From NCBI GenBank assembly GCA_964196455.1, contig CAXMUJ010000215.1, positions 5,405-69,404 of the forward strand: DNA of 64,000 nucleotides. Reading direction: 5' to 3'. Below, piece after piece: positions 1-11,331 of this stretch. The position numbers and the translations under genes were made by a program. Origin of the DNA: an uncultured Myxococcota bacterium (GTDB lineage Bacteria > Pseudomonadota > Alphaproteobacteria > Rhodobacterales > Rhodobacteraceae). The first letter of the stretch is position 1. Each line of letters opens with the position of its first letter. Below the pieces are notes generated by a model, which saw only the letters and a list, made by a program, of their open reading frames with translations, had not been told where the DNA came from and did not search any database.

Positions 1-328
1 GTTGTCTTAAGGGCCAACCAGGGATCATTGCTGGTCAACCGGTAAGGCGACAAGGCCACTGTCCAAAGCGCCGGATCAGGTGGCAATTCCGCCAAAGTGG
101 TTTCAACCGCCCCTGCTTTGTCCACGGTAAAGCGACAGCGTTTTGGCGCATCGCCCACCGCCGCGTCCAGTTGGCGCCGCACGGCATCGGCGTCAAAAGG
201 AAACCGCAATCTGGTACAGGTTCGCGCGGCACGGGCCAGGTGCATATCCAGTCGCACAAAGCCGTCGTGCGGATCGAACCGCAGGGTTTCAATGACCTTC
301 AGGTCCGGGTCAACAATTTCGTGTAGCG
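1..328 (-). CDS. aminodeoxychorismate lyase / class IV aminotransferase-like protein, N-terminal part only (gene runs off the left edge)
   Basis: My own translation of a minus-strand frame that is not in the ORF track gives (GTG)ESPLHEIVDPDLKVIETLRFDPHDGFVRLDMHLARAARTCTRLRFPFDADAVRRQLDAAV...SNDPWLALKTT. The candidate GTG at 328 overlaps the pabB stop. The position directly downstream of pabB fits pabC. The listed ORF 35..292 is in a different frame and looks spurious. Confidence 0.55.
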
Positions 329-1519
329 GGCTTTCCACAGGGCTTCCTCATATTCGGATCCGGCGGTGCTGTCATAAACAATGCCGCCGCCAACGTTCAG
401 GATGACTTGACCCGCATCATAGAGCGATAGTGTCCTTATCGCGACATTAAAACTGGCCGCGCCGCTGGGTGCCAGCCAACCGATTGATCCGCAATAGATA
501 TCGCGCGGTGCCGGTTCCAGTTCGCGGATCACTTCCATCGCGCGCACCTTGGGCGCACCGGTGACCGAACCACACGGAAAGAGCGCTGCAAAGATTTCCG
601 GTATTGTGGTCTCGGGGATCATTTGCGCCTGAACACGCGATGTCATCTGATGCACCGTTGCATAGGTTTCAACCGAATACAGCTCGGGCACAACAACAGT
701 ACCCAATTCGGATATGCGCGAGATATCGTTGCGCAATAAGTCGACGATCATCAGGTTCTCGGCCCGGTTTTTCGCATCGTTACGCAAAAAATTAATCAGC
801 TCGGCATCGTGTTGCGGGTTGTCACCGCGCGGCACTGTGCCTTTCATCGGGCGCGTTTCAATCATGCCCTGTGCGTCGACTTTGAAAAACAACTCCGGCG
901 ACCGCGACAAGATAATCGGACCCTGCCCCAGATTGACCAACGCACCATGCTTGACCGGTTGTCTGCGCCGTAATGCCGAATACAGGCCCAGAGGCGATCC
1001 GGTATATCGGCTGGTCATCGGAAATGTCAGATTGGTCTGATAAATGTCACCGGCGGCGATATAATCGTGCACGGTGGCAAAGGCGCGGGCATAGTCGGCC
1101 TGGGTCCAAACAGGCACAGGCGGCGCCAGCGTTGCGCTGGCCTCTGCCAGACGGCCCTGATGGATCAGACTGCGGGCCTCTGACGGGTTCGGGCGCGCGA
1201 AAACGCCAAAACACAGCAACGGCGTGCGCCGACCATCCGGCATAAGCGCTGACAGCTTTGGTTCCAGATGATAGCCAAGCTCATAGCTTGTAAAACCGGC
1301 CAACCAATGACCGGCCGCGCGGGCCTCTTGCATCGCCAGAAGTGCAAGATCAACATCAGCCGGTTCCCAGGCAACAATCACAGACATCGGATCGGCAAAG
1401 GCCTGCGCCCCGCCATCCGGACCTTGATCAAACAGAATGTACCCTTTGGCCAAACCAGTCACCTGTGTTGCAACATTAGCGCCGTGCATTCGCGTCTCTG
1501 TACCGATTGTACGAAACAA
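299..1519 (-). CDS. pabB: aminodeoxychorismate synthase component I (chorismate-binding enzyme family)
   Basis: The 406-aa ORF carries chorismate-utilising enzyme motifs: SPELFF, RPMKGT, NLMIVDLLRNDISR, SVTGAPK and GGGIVYDS. Confidence 0.85.
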   Translation of the reverse strand: MFRTIGTETRMHGANVATQVTGLAKGYILFDQGPDGGAQAFADPMSVIVAWEPADVDLALLAMQEARAAGHWLAGFTSYELGYHLEPKLSALMPDGRRTPLLCFGVFARPNPSEARSLIHQGRLAEASATLAPPVPVWTQADYARAFATVHDYIAAGDIYQTNLTFPMTSRYTGSPLGLYSALRRRQPVKHGALVNLGQGPIILSRSPELFFKVDAQGMIETRPMKGTVPRGDNPQHDAELINFLRNDAKNRAENLMIVDLLRNDISRISELGTVVVPELYSVETYATVHQMTSRVQAQMIPETTIPEIFAALFPCGSVTGAPKVRAMEVIRELEPAPRDIYCGSIGWLAPSGAASFNVAIRTLSLYDAGQVILNVGGGIVYDSTAGSEYEEALWKARYTKLLTRT

Positions 1520-1620
1520 GCACCACCTTAAATCAACTGCTGAAATTCAAACATTGCACCAACTGATAGTTTTGTGCTGAAATCGCCTCATTGCACCGCC
1601 AAGTCGCGAAAGGACAGAAA

Positions 1621-2754
1621 TTGAGCCAGCCCGAGCCAGAATTTTCACTTGGAATTGAAGAAGAATACTTGCTAGTCGATCCCGACAGCTGTGCCTTGGT
1701 TGATGCGCCCACAGAATTTATGGACCGCTGCACTGCCGAGCTGCATGACAAAGTTAGCCCCGAGTTTCTGAACTGTCAGGTCGAAATCGGCTCCGGCGTG
1801 TGCAAAGATATCACCGAGGCCCGCGAAGATTTGAAGCATTTGCGGTCTACAATCGCCCGGGTTGCAAACGATTTCGGGCTTGCGCCAATTTCCGCGTCCT
1901 GCCACCCGTTCGCCGATTGGCGGTCACAGCATCACACCGACAAAGAGCGCTACAACACGCTGCGCCGCGATCTGGGCAGCGTCGCCCAGCGCATGTTGAT
2001 TTGCGGCATGCATGTTCATGTGGGCATCCCCGAGCGCAATATGCGCATCGACCTGATGAACCAATTGGCCTATTTTCTGCCGCATCTGTTGGCCTTGTCA
2101 GGGTCGTCGCCGTTTTGGTGCGGAGATGACACAGGGCTGAATTCCTACCGGTTGACGATTTTTGACAATCTGCCGCGCACCGGTCTGCCGCCGCAACTGG
2201 ACGGTTGGGGTTCGTTTGAGCGGTCGGTGGACGCGTTGATCGAGATGGGCACAATACAGGACAGCTCCAAAATCTGGTGGGATTTGCGACCCTCGTCAAA
2301 ATATCCGACACTGGAAACCCGTATTTGCGATGCGTCACCCCGGCTGGAAACAACGCTGGGACTGGCGGCGCTGATCCAATGTCTGTTGCGGATGCTGTGG
2401 CGGCTGTCACGGGTCAACCAACGCTGGCGGGTTTATGATAACTTTCTACTGGCCGAGAACCGCTGGCGGGCGCAACGCTATGGTATCACCGAAGGGCTGA
2501 TCGATTTCGGCCAGCGCAAGATTGTGCCCTTTCCCGAACTGTTGAACGAATTACTGGGTCTGATCGAAGAGGACGCCGAGGCATTGGGCTCGACCGCCGA
2601 GGTCAACGCCATGCGCGATATCCTTGTGACCGGCACCAGTTCTGACCGGCAGAGAAACGTCTATCAGGCAGCCCGCGACGCAGGCTCTGACAAGGATGCG
2701 GCGTTGTGTGCCGTGGTTCATCACCTGATTGAGGAATATCGGGTCGACCTTTAG
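1621..2754 (+). CDS. YbdK-type carboxylate-amine ligase (glutamate-cysteine ligase family 2)
   Basis: The N-terminus [14 protein letters not shown] and the overall ~380-aa length are typical of GCS2/YbdK. The ORF opens at 1591 (TTG), but the TTG at 1621 follows an AAAGGA Shine-Dalgarno-like motif, so the start is uncertain. Confidence 0.8.
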   Translation: MSQPEPEFSLGIEEEYLLVDPDSCALVDAPTEFMDRCTAELHDKVSPEFLNCQVEIGSGVCKDITEAREDLKHLRSTIARVANDFGLAPISASCHPFADWRSQHHTDKERYNTLRRDLGSVAQRMLICGMHVHVGIPERNMRIDLMNQLAYFLPHLLALSGSSPFWCGDDTGLNSYRLTIFDNLPRTGLPPQLDGWGSFERSVDALIEMGTIQDSSKIWWDLRPSSKYPTLETRICDASPRLETTLGLAALIQCLLRMLWRLSRVNQRWRVYDNFLLAENRWRAQRYGITEGLIDFGQRKIVPFPELLNELLGLIEEDAEALGSTAEVNAMRDILVTGTSSDRQRNVYQAARDAGSDKDAALCAVVHHLIEEYRVDL

Positions 2755-2992
2755 CTGCCACGGCTGGTCAGCGCTGTTAGACGACACTGTTTGGGCCGAC
2801 ATCTGTCGGTCCGAGATTTATTCCGGGACATACAAACCGACAAACAGGCGGTCCAGCCCATCCTTTGGTCGATGTCCGGTATCTTTTGGCACATCTGCCC
2901 TTGCACCTACGGCCCCGAAACCTTACACCCACGACAATTTGCAAAACATCAGACGACTCCACTGTCTGCACCGTAAAGGGGCCCAAAGCGTC

Positions 2993-5900
2993 ATGCCAAA
3001 AAGAACCGATATTTCGTCCATCATGATCATCGGTGCCGGTCCTATTATTATTGGTCAGGCCTGCGAGTTCGATTATTCCGGTGCTCAGGCCTGCAAGGCG
3101 CTGCGTGAAGAGGGATATCGCGTCGTTCTGGTAAATTCCAATCCTGCAACCATCATGACCGACCCCGACATGGCCGACGCAACATACATCGAGCCGATAA
3201 CGCCCGAAGTCGTTGCCAAGATCATCGCCAAAGAACGCCCCGATGCCCTGTTGCCGACAATGGGCGGGCAGACAGGTCTGAACACGGCGCTGGCACTGGA
3301 CGAAGACGGCACGCTGGCAAAATATAACGTCGAGTTGATCGGTGCTGATCGCAACGCCATCGAAATGGCCGAAGACCGCAAACTGTTCCGCGAAGCCATG
3401 GACCGGTTGGGAATTGAGAATCCGCGCGCCGCGATTGCCAACACAATCGAAGAGGCGATGGCCGAACTGGACAGTGTCGGCCTGCCCGCGATCATCCGCC
3501 CGGCTTTCACTATGGGTGGCACCGGTGGCGGCATTGCTTATAACCGCGACGATTACGAGCATTATTGTACCACCGGGCTGGATGCGTCACCCGCGAGCCA
3601 GATCCTGATCGACGAGAGCTTGCTGGGTTGGAAAGAATTCGAGATGGAGGTTGTGCGCGACAAGGCCGACAACGCCATCATCGTCTGTACCATTGAAAAC
3701 ATCGATCCCATGGGTGTGCATACCGGCGACAGTATCACGGTTGCGCCATCGTTGACGCTGACTGACAAAGAGTTTCAGTTGATGCGGACCCATTCGATCA
3801 ACGTCCTGCGCGAAATCGGCGTCGAAACCGGCGGATCGAACGTGCAATGGGCTGTGAATCCCGCTGACGGCCGGATGATCGTGATCGAGATGAACCCGCG
3901 GGTGTCGCGCTCGTCAGCGCTTGCGTCCAAGGCAACCGGATTTCCGATTGCCAAGATCGCGGCAAAACTGGCTGTGGGCTATACGCTGGACGAGCTGGAC
4001 AATGACATCACCAAGGTGACACCGGCGTCTTTCGAGCCGACCATCGACTATGTTGTCACCAAGTTCCCGCGTTTTACCTTTGAAAAATTCCCCGGTGCCG
4101 AGGCCACATTGAATACGGCAATGAAATCTGTGGGTGAAGCCATGGCCATCGGCCGGACCATCCACGAGAGCCTGCAAAAAGGGCTGACGTCGCTGGAAAC
4201 CGGTTTGTCGGGCTTTGACGAGATCGAGATCGAAGGCGCGCCGGACAAGGCTGCTGTAATCAAAGCTATCTCGCCCCAAACCCCCGATCGCCTGTTGTTG
4301 ATCGCGCAAGCTATGCGCGAAGGTCTGAGCAACGACGAGATCAATGCTGTTACGTCCTTTGATCCGTGGTTTCTGGATCGTATCCGCGAGATTGTCGACG
4401 CCGAGGCCGAATTGCGCAGCGCCGACCTGCCAACGGACGCAAAAAGCCTGCGCCGGATCAAAATGCTGGGCTTTACCGACATACGTCTGGCCAAGCTGAC
4501 CGGCATGTCGGAACGCGAAGTGCGCCGCACCCGCCGGCTGGCCGGTGTAAACGCTGTGTTCAAACGCATCGACACCTGTGCGGCCGAGTTCGAGGCACAA
4601 ACACCTTATATGTATTCGACCTACGAGGCCGATGCCATGGGCGAGGTCGAATGCGAAGCGCGGCCTACGGACAAAAAGAAAGTCGTTATTCTGGGTGGCG
4701 GTCCGAACCGGATCGGTCAAGGGATCGAGTTCGATTACTGCTGTTGTCACGCCTGTTACGCGCTGACCGAAGCGGGTTATGAAACCATCATGATCAACTG
4801 CAACCCCGAAACCGTGTCTACCGATTATGACACCTCCGACCGGTTGTATTTCGAACCTCTGACACTGGAACATGTGCTGGAAATCCTGCGCGTCGAGCAG
4901 GAAAATGGCACGCTGCACGGTGTGATCGTTCAGTTCGGCGGCCAAACACCATTGAAGCTGGCCAATGCGTTGGAGGCCGAAGGCATACCGATCCTTGGAA
5001 CGACGCCTGACGCAATCGACTTGGCCGAGGACCGGGAACGGTTCCAACAATTGTTGCACACGCTCAAGCTCAAACAGCCCTACAACGGGATTGCACATTC
5101 CGGCGAACAAGCCTTTGTTATTGCAAAGGATGTTGGCTATCCACTGGTAATCCGTCCATCCTATGTTCTGGGCGGTCGGGCGATGGAAATCATTCGCGAT
5201 GATGCCCAGCTAGAGCGCTATATCAAAGAGGCAGTTGTTGTATCCGGTGACAGCCCTGTGTTGCTGGACAGCTATTTGGTTGGCGCGGTCGAGATTGACG
5301 TGGACGCGCTGTGCGACGGAAAATCCGTACATGTCGCCGGCATCATGGAACATATCGAAGAGGCCGGCGTCCATTCCGGTGACAGCGCCTGTTCGCTGCC
5401 GCCCTATACCCTGTCAAACGACACAATCGAAGAGTTGAAACGTCAAACCGAGGCTATGGCTCTGGAGTTGAACGTGGTTGGCCTGATGAATGTGCAGTTT
5501 GCCATAAAAGATGGCGAAATCTTTGTGCTCGAAGTCAACCCGCGCGCCTCTCGGACCGTGCCGTTTGTGGCAAAAGCAATCAACTCGCCGATTGCCGCTA
5601 TTGCGGCCCGGATCATGGCGGGCGAAAAACTTGGTGACTTTACCCTGAAATCTCCGCAACCGGATCACTTTGCGGTCAAAGAGGCGGTCCTGCCGTTTGC
5701 CCGTTTCCCCGGTGTTGACACGCTGCTGGGCCCAGAAATGCGGTCGACCGGCGAAGTTATGGGGTTGGATGCCAGTTTTGAGCGCGCTTTTCTAAAAGCA
5801 CAAATGGGCGCAGGAACCAATCTGCCGGCGTCAGGCACAGTTTTTGTGTCCATCAAAGACGACGACAAAACAGCGCAGATGATTGAGGCGACGCAAATAA

Positions 5901-6223
5901 TGTCCGACCTCGGGTTCAAGATTGTGGCAACGCGCGGCACTTCAGACTGGTTGACCGAAGCCGGAATTTCCAACGAGATCGTGCTGAAAGTCTATGAGGG
6001 TCGGCCGAACGTTGTTGATGTGCTCAAGGACGGCGGTGTTAATTTGGTGTTCAACACTACCGCCGGCACGCAGAGCATCGAAGACAGTCGCGATATTCGC
6101 GCAGCAGCGCTCTATGGCAAAATTGCCTATTTCACCACAGCAGCCGGTTCAAACGCGGCGGCCAAAGCGATCCGGAATATGCGCGAAGGCGAGATCGAGG
6201 TTCGGGCGCTGCAAACTTATTAG
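2993..6223 (+). CDS. carB: carbamoyl-phosphate synthase large subunit
   Basis: [30 protein letters not shown] begins at the ATG at 2993. Duplicated ATP-grasp halves and a C-terminal MGS-like domain are present. The track ORF start at 2729 is an upstream open-frame extension. Confidence 0.97.
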   Translation: MPKRTDISSIMIIGAGPIIIGQACEFDYSGAQACKALREEGYRVVLVNSNPATIMTDPDMADATYIEPITPEVVAKIIAKERPDALLPTMGGQTGLNTALALDEDGTLAKYNVELIGADRNAIEMAEDRKLFREAMDRLGIENPRAAIANTIEEAMAELDSVGLPAIIRPAFTMGGTGGGIAYNRDDYEHYCTTGLDASPASQILIDESLLGWKEFEMEVVRDKADNAIIVCTIENIDPMGVHTGDSITVAPSLTLTDKEFQLMRTHSINVLREIGVETGGSNVQWAVNPADGRMIVIEMNPRVSRSSALASKATGFPIAKIAAKLAVGYTLDELDNDITKVTPASFEPTIDYVVTKFPRFTFEKFPGAEATLNTAMKSVGEAMAIGRTIHESLQKGLTSLETGLSGFDEIEIEGAPDKAAVIKAISPQTPDRLLLIAQAMREGLSNDEINAVTSFDPWFLDRIREIVDAEAELRSADLPTDAKSLRRIKMLGFTDIRLAKLTGMSEREVRRTRRLAGVNAVFKRIDTCAAEFEAQTPYMYSTYEADAMGEVECEARPTDKKKVVILGGGPNRIGQGIEFDYCCCHACYALTEAGYETIMINCNPETVSTDYDTSDRLYFEPLTLEHVLEILRVEQENGTLHGVIVQFGGQTPLKLANALEAEGIPILGTTPDAIDLAEDRERFQQLLHTLKLKQPYNGIAHSGEQAFVIAKDVGYPLVIRPSYVLGGRAMEIIRDDAQLERYIKEAVVVSGDSPVLLDSYLVGAVEIDVDALCDGKSVHVAGIMEHIEEAGVHSGDSACSLPPYTLSNDTIEELKRQTEAMALELNVVGLMNVQFAIKDGEIFVLEVNPRASRTVPFVAKAINSPIAAIAARIMAGEKLGDFTLKSPQPDHFAVKEAVLPFARFPGVDTLLGPEMRSTGEVMGLDASFERAFLKAQMGAGTNLPASGTVFVSIKDDDKTAQMIEATQIMSDLGFKIVATRGTSDWLTEAGISNEIVLKVYEGRPNVVDVLKDGGVNLVFNTTAGTQSIEDSRDIRAAALYGKIAYFTTAAGSNAAAKAIRNMREGEIEVRALQTY

Positions 6224-6248
6224 GGTCAGGCGCCCTACCGCCTGACCC
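6223..6248. terminator. perfect 10-bp GC-rich hairpin between convergent carB and manC, with no U-tract
   Basis: The sequence reads GGGTCAGGCG-ccctac-CGCCTGACCC directly. Neither strand has a T-run after it, so function as an intrinsic terminator is uncertain. Confidence 0.45.
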
Positions 6249-6268
6249 AAAGGTGCAATCGGACAACC

Positions 6269-7741
6269 TCAGGCCCTTGCATAAACATCTTCATATCTGG
6301 TGATATCATCCTCACCCAGATACGTACCGGTCTGCACCTCGATCAGGTGCAGGTTTTCCGGGCTGGTATTTTCCAATCTGTGACGGGCTTGGACCGGGAT
6401 GTACACCGATTGGTTTTGCCCCAAACGAAAGACTTTGTCGCGCACTGTCACCAGTGCGGTTCCACGCACAACAACCCAGTGTTCGGCCCGGTGCTGATGG
6501 CTTTGTAAACTCAAAGCGGCACCAGGTTTGACCATGATCCGTTTGACCTGGAAATTCTGCCCCAATGACACGCGTTCGAACCATCCCCATGGCCGATGAT
6601 CGCGCGGAAACTCGGTCGCTTGTGCAGCCCCCTTGGCCTGCATAATTTCGACCAACTTACCGACGTCTTGTGATTTCGACATATCGGCGACCAGAACTGC
6701 GTCTGGCATTGCAACGGCGCAAATATTGTCCAAGCCAAATCCCACCAGCTCTTGGCCGGGAGTGTCACAGCGCAATACGGTGTCGTGGCATTGGACGGCT
6801 GTCGCCGAGCCAAATGTGGCGACATCGTCGGCGTCGCGGGGGGCTTCGCGCCAGATCGCCTGCCAGCTTCCCATATCGGACCATTTGCCATCATAGGGAA
6901 GTACCACCAGATTCTGCGACGGTTCCATGATTGCGTAATCAATTGAAATAGCAGGAACTTCATCCCAATTTTCACGATCCAACCGTATAAAATCCAGATC
7001 TCTCTTGGCCAGTGATACCGCGCGCTGAACTAAAGGCGGGATTTGAGGCGCCAGACATTGAAAGGCGGCAATGATTGTTCGAGCCGTGAACAGGAACACG
7101 CCAGAATTCCACAGGTGCCGGCCTGACACACTATAGTTTTCGGCGTCCTCGATCACCGGCTTTTCGATGAAGGAGCGCAGGGCAACCGGCGCACCAGTCG
7201 CCGCATCAAGTCCCGCATCACCCCCGACATCCAATTCAAGATACCCATAGCCGGTTTCCGGGCGATCCGGTTGCACGCCGAACAGAACAATTTTGCCAGC
7301 CCGCGCCGCAGGTACGCCGCGTGCAATGACATCTCGAAACCTTGCCGCATCAGGAACGCTGTGATCGCTGGGCGAAATCAACAGAAGCGCGTCGGGATCA
7401 ATCTGTTCCAGATACATCGCAGCCGCCAGAATAGCCGGGGCCGTATCCTTGGCCGTAGCCTCGACCACCAGCGCAGTAGGAGCAACCCCGAGCGTGGCCA
7501 TCTGTTCGCCAACGATGAACCGGAAATCATTGTTTGCCAGAACCAGTGGTGCCGCAAATCCGGGGCCTTCAAAACGAAGGATGCTGTCTTGGAACATGGT
7601 TTTGTCGCCAAAAACCTTGCTGAACTGTTTTGGATAACTGCGCCGCGACATCGGCCAAAGCCGCGTGCCAGACCCACCACATAGAATTACCGGATAAATC
7701 ATATTGATCCAATCAGAATGCTGTTTCACCCAGTTCGCCAA
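6269..7741 (-). CDS. manC: bifunctional mannose-1-phosphate guanylyltransferase / mannose-6-phosphate isomerase (type II PMI-GMP)
   Basis: The nucleotidyltransferase motif VILCGGSGTRLWPMSR is present, along with a C-terminal cupin (HRAEHWVVVRGTA...). An alternative start MIYPVIL at 7702 is possible. Confidence 0.9.
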   Translation of the reverse strand: MANWVKQHSDWINMIYPVILCGGSGTRLWPMSRRSYPKQFSKVFGDKTMFQDSILRFEGPGFAAPLVLANNDFRFIVGEQMATLGVAPTALVVEATAKDTAPAILAAAMYLEQIDPDALLLISPSDHSVPDAARFRDVIARGVPAARAGKIVLFGVQPDRPETGYGYLELDVGGDAGLDAATGAPVALRSFIEKPVIEDAENYSVSGRHLWNSGVFLFTARTIIAAFQCLAPQIPPLVQRAVSLAKRDLDFIRLDRENWDEVPAISIDYAIMEPSQNLVVLPYDGKWSDMGSWQAIWREAPRDADDVATFGSATAVQCHDTVLRCDTPGQELVGFGLDNICAVAMPDAVLVADMSKSQDVGKLVEIMQAKGAAQATEFPRDHRPWGWFERVSLGQNFQVKRIMVKPGAALSLQSHQHRAEHWVVVRGTALVTVRDKVFRLGQNQSVYIPVQARHRLENTSPENLHLIEVQTGTYLGEDDITRYEDVYARA

Positions 7742-7891
7742 AAATTGATTAACAATTTACAAACAGTGAATGAAATAATTCCAAGTTTAAACAATTTGAC
7801 CCGATCCCGGTTTTACCCGCAATCCTGATCAAAGCACTTGAAAATTTGTGCCCATCGCGCGACCATTGGCACAAAGCAAAGATGGATTCTC

Positions 7892-8473
7892 ATGGCCAAA
7901 CTCTATTTCCAATATTCGACGATGAACGCAGGCAAATCGACGGCGCTTTTACAGGCCTCGCACAATTATCGTGAACGCGGGATGGAAACATTGTTGCTCA
8001 CCGCGTCGCATGATGATCAAACTGGGCAGGGACAGATATCGTCGCGAATTGGCATCGACCAAAAGGCCGAGATTTTCACACCGAAAACCAAACTGTTTGA
8101 TGTGGTCGAAAAGCGATTAAAATCTACAACCCTGGCTTGTGTATTCATCGACGAGGCGCAATTCCTGACACCCGATCAAGTTTGGCAATTGGCCCGCGCA
8201 GTTGATGATCTGGGCGTGCCTATTATGTGCTATGGGCTGCGGGTTGATTTTCAAGGACATACATTTCCCGGTTCTGCGGCATTACTGGCCTTGGCCGACG
8301 AAATGCGCGAGGTCAGAACTATTTGTTTTTGCGGAAAAAAAGCCACCATGGTCGTGCGACAGGACGAGGATGGAAATGTTCAGACACAGGGTGACCAAGT
8401 CCAGATCGGTGGCAATGAAACCTATGTTTCGCTGTGCCGCAAACATTGGCGCGACGCGGTTGGTGACTGTTAG
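7892..8473 (+). CDS. tdk: thymidine kinase
   Basis: MAKLYFQYSTMNAGKSTALLQASHNYRERGM closely parallels the E. coli Tdk N-terminus as I recall it. The C-terminal CFCG...CRKH zinc motif is present. The track start at 7838 is an upstream extension. Confidence 0.93.
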   Translation: MAKLYFQYSTMNAGKSTALLQASHNYRERGMETLLLTASHDDQTGQGQISSRIGIDQKAEIFTPKTKLFDVVEKRLKSTTLACVFIDEAQFLTPDQVWQLARAVDDLGVPIMCYGLRVDFQGHTFPGSAALLALADEMREVRTICFCGKKATMVVRQDEDGNVQTQGDQVQIGGNETYVSLCRKHWRDAVGDC

Positions 8474-9432
8474 GACGATACTGGATTTGGCAGCGGCTCA
8501 TTGGCAAAGAAAGCTCTCAGGTTGTCCACGGCCATCATCCCCATATTTTCGCGCACCGAATGGGCCGCTGTGCCCAGATGCGGCAACAAGGTCACGTTAG
8601 GCATATCCAGCAAGGCCGATGTGACGCGGGGCTCGTGTTCGTAGACATCCAGACCGGCACCGGCAATCTGGCGCGCCAGAAGTGCAGCCGCCAGCGCCGC
8701 CTCGTCCACCACGTTTCCGCGCGCTGTATTGATCAAAAAACTGTTGGGCTTCATCTGGGCCAAGACATCCTTGTCGATCAAATGCTGCGTTGCCGGCCCA
8801 CCTGGCACATGCAACGACAGAAAATCCGCCACCGCCGCCACCTCGGCCACGCTGTTCAGTTGTTTCGCCCCCGGAACACCACAGTCCGTAACCACAGATC
8901 GATTGTAAAACACCACATCCATGCCAAAGCCAAAGTGGCATCTGCGCGCCGTGGCCTGACCAATTGCCCCCATCCCGACAATGCCCAGCGTTTTGCCGGT
9001 GACCTGATGGCCCAAGAACTGTGTCGGATGCCACCCCTGCCAAGTCCCTTGGCGCAGCACCTGCTCGGCGGCGCTGGCACCTCGGGCGGCCATGAGCATC
9101 AACATAACGGCAATATCAGCCGTGGCATCGGTAACCGAGCCTGGCGTATTTGTCACCGCTACGCCGGCCGCTCGGGCGGCGGCCACATCGATATGATTGT
9201 AGCCAACTCCAAAATTGGCCAAAAGTTTGCATCGCACAGATCCGGAAAATGCCGCCGCGCTCAACGGATCGCCCAGTGTCGGCAAAACCGCGTCATACCC
9301 GGCCAAAGCGGCCTGCGTTTCGGCCAAAGTCATCGGCTCGGTTTCGACCCGCACATCGACAGTACCGATCCGGCGCGCGGCGTCCAGAACAGTGGATTGC
9401 AAGGGGCGTGATACAAAGATTTTGGGGGTCAT
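8470..9432 (-). CDS. D-isomer-specific 2-hydroxyacid dehydrogenase (glyoxylate/hydroxypyruvate reductase-like)
   Basis: The 320-aa ORF has the NAD-binding GKTLGIVGMGAIGQATARR motif and the catalytic-region motifs NTARG and PHLGTA. Its 3' end overlaps the tdk 3' end by 4 nt. Confidence 0.85.
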   Translation of the reverse strand: MTPKIFVSRPLQSTVLDAARRIGTVDVRVETEPMTLAETQAALAGYDAVLPTLGDPLSAAAFSGSVRCKLLANFGVGYNHIDVAAARAAGVAVTNTPGSVTDATADIAVMLMLMAARGASAAEQVLRQGTWQGWHPTQFLGHQVTGKTLGIVGMGAIGQATARRCHFGFGMDVVFYNRSVVTDCGVPGAKQLNSVAEVAAVADFLSLHVPGGPATQHLIDKDVLAQMKPNSFLINTARGNVVDEAALAAALLARQIAGAGLDVYEHEPRVTSALLDMPNVTLLPHLGTAAHSVRENMGMMAVDNLRAFFANEPLPNPVSS

Positions 9433-9439
9433 ATTCGTC

Positions 9440-9778
9440 CTAACACATGCGCGCGCCCAAAGGGGCGTCTTTGTCTGGTCCCAATAGAACCACTTTGTTA
9501 TCCGCGTCCATCACGCCCAGAACCAGAACTTCTGATTTCACCGGCCCAATTTGTCGCGGCGGAAAATTGACGACCGCCAAAACCCGCCGTCCCACCAAAT
9601 CCGCGCGTGCGTAATGCTCGGTGATCTGGGCCGACGACTTCTTTTGCCCGATCTCGGGGCCAAAATCCACCCAGAGCTTGTAGGCCGGTTTACGCGCCTC
9701 GGGGAAGTCTTCGGCGCGGACAATCTGTCCGACCCGAATGTCGACCTTCATAAAATCGTCGAAGGTAATCTGGTCCAT
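9440..9778 (-). CDS. csaA: tRNA-binding domain protein (CsaA/YgjH-like)
   Basis: The 112-aa ORF contains FMKVDIRVGQIVRAEDFPEARKPAYKLWVDFG, typical of the CsaA-type OB-fold tRNA-binding domain. Confidence 0.8.
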   Translation of the reverse strand: MDQITFDDFMKVDIRVGQIVRAEDFPEARKPAYKLWVDFGPEIGQKKSSAQITEHYARADLVGRRVLAVVNFPPRQIGPVKSEVLVLGVMDADNKVVLLGPDKDAPLGARMC

Positions 9779-9779
9779 A

Positions 9780-10601
9780 TCAGCCCGCCAATTCGCGGCT
9801 GCGGTCGGCTGCGGCCTTGACCGCGCGGGCCATCAACTGTGACAGGCCGGTATCCGCGTCCATCAGGACGTCGAGTGCTGCTTGTGTTGTCCCGTTTGGC
9901 GATGTCACATTGACCCGCAGCTGCGACGGTGTTTCGTCGGCAACTTCGGCCAATGCACCAGAACCTGCCACTGTAGCCTTGGCCAAGGCCAGTGCCAAAT
10001 CGGGTGTCAGCCCCTGTGCCTCACCAGCAGCAGCAAGCGTTTCAATCAGGAGAAATACATAGGCAGGTCCAGACCCCGATACGGCAGTCACCGCATCCAT
10101 ATCACGCTCGGACGTCAGGTGGACAGTTTGACCGACCGCTTGCAACAGCCGGTCTGCCATTGCCATTTGGTCCGGCGTGATCCGGTCGTTGCCAACCAGT
10201 GCCGTTATACCGCGACCCACAGCCGCTGGTGTGTTCGGCATGGCACGGATAATCGGGCTGTCGGCGCCAAACGCATCCTCAAAGATCGATAGCGTGGTGC
10301 CTGCTGCGATTGACAGGAACACGGTCGAGCCGTTCCCCAATGCCCGCAAGGCCGGCAGCGCGTCGCCCATCATTTGGGGTTTTACTGCCACAACGCAAAT
10401 GGCCGGTGCCGGTGGCAGTTCGACATTCAAGCGAACACCTTCGGTCACGCGTGCCTTGACCCAGTCCGACGGATAAGGGTCAAGAATGGTAACGGCAGAT
10501 GGTATCACGCCATCAGCCAACCAGCCTTGCAGCATTGCCGAGCCCATTTTTCCGCAACCCAGCAAAACCAGACCATTTTCATTGATATGTGACAATTGCA
10601 T
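9780..10601 (-). CDS. proC: pyrroline-5-carboxylate reductase
   Basis: The 273-aa ORF has the N-terminal Rossmann motif LLGCGKMGSAMLQGW and the C-terminal motif VTSPNGTTQAAL. Confidence 0.92.
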   Translation of the reverse strand: MQLSHINENGLVLLGCGKMGSAMLQGWLADGVIPSAVTILDPYPSDWVKARVTEGVRLNVELPPAPAICVVAVKPQMMGDALPALRALGNGSTVFLSIAAGTTLSIFEDAFGADSPIIRAMPNTPAAVGRGITALVGNDRITPDQMAMADRLLQAVGQTVHLTSERDMDAVTAVSGSGPAYVFLLIETLAAAGEAQGLTPDLALALAKATVAGSGALAEVADETPSQLRVNVTSPNGTTQAALDVLMDADTGLSQLMARAVKAAADRSRELAG

Positions 10602-10646
10602 GCGCCAACCTCCTGTCCCGCACCATCGGGATAAAAGGCAGAGAAA

Positions 10647-11150
10647 TCAAGCCCGGCCGTAGGCCTCGGACATGGCAATCTGAATTGACTCTTGCGGGCT
10701 TTGATCGCCCCAGCAAGCCAGTTGGAAGGCCGGATAAAACCGTTCGCAAGCTGTAACACCTGATCCAAGCAATTGGTCGATCTGTTCGGGTCCGGCATGG
10801 GCGCCGCCCGCCAGCACCAATCCATAGCGATAGACCATCAACTGTTGATCTGTCCAAAAGGTAAATGCGCCGGCCCAGCATTTATCATTCGCCAGGTTTA
10901 TGAGCTCGTACAATGCCGGCATCCGGTCTTTGGGAGGCTCCATTTCAAATGTACAAATCATACGCAAGGTTTCATCAAACCCGGACCAAGCCAACGTTAT
11001 AGAGTATGTCCGCCACGACCCCTCGACCGCCATTGCGATCTGGTCATCTGCGACGCGATCAAATGCCCAATCGCGGCTTTCTGCCAGGTTTTCTACGATG
11101 TCGATGGGGTGGATATCTGCGGACGTCAAAAAATGTTCTGTATTCGCCAT
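10647..11150 (-). CDS. YbjN domain-containing protein
   Basis: The 167-aa acidic protein begins HPIDIVENLAESRDWAFDR...SWRTYSITLAW. This is the usual YbjN-like neighbour upstream of proC in Alphaproteobacteria, as I recall. Confidence 0.65.
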   Translation of the reverse strand: MANTEHFLTSADIHPIDIVENLAESRDWAFDRVADDQIAMAVEGSWRTYSITLAWSGFDETLRMICTFEMEPPKDRMPALYELINLANDKCWAGAFTFWTDQQLMVYRYGLVLAGGAHAGPEQIDQLLGSGVTACERFYPAFQLACWGDQSPQESIQIAMSEAYGRA

Positions 11151-11301
11151 GCCTGTGCCCTCAATCTGTCTAGGCGAGACGGCTCGGACCCATTATATAT
11201 GGGCGCCCCGCTAGGTGTCGGGGTTTTATCACCAACCCCTTACAACATATGGTGTGCCCAAACGGGATTTCTGTAAAGGAAATTATTCTTAAAGTACAAT
11301 C

Positions 11302-11331
11302 TTACCCACAGGAAATTGCATTTTATCCACA
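11302..11331 (+). promoter_or_regulatory. two tandem DnaA-box-like 9-mers
   Basis: TTACCCACA (11302-11310, 8/9 match) and TTATCCACA (11323-11331, 9/9 match to the E. coli consensus) lie in the same orientation with 21-bp spacing, next to an AT-rich stretch. A weaker TTATCACCA lies at 11226-11234. Confidence 0.4.

Noticed and set aside
35-292. An 85-aa minus-strand ORF listed at the left edge.
   Set aside because: A different minus-strand frame across the same bases gives a clean class-IV aminotransferase/PabC-like N-terminus continuing off the window. The listed ORF is the wrong frame.
3914-5110. A 398-aa minus-strand ORF inside carB. Similar long antisense or overlapping ORFs occur at 15371-16447 (trxB), 20277-21344 (purK), 25447-26928 (groEL), 34258-35256 (atpD/atpG), 36217-36867 (atpA), 52159-52894 and 53210-53842 (priA) and 60983-62119 (ileS).
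   Set aside because: These are shadow ORFs on the strand opposite strongly recognisable genes. Their translations are Arg/Gly/His/Cys-rich with no family resemblance, which is typical for GC-rich DNA.
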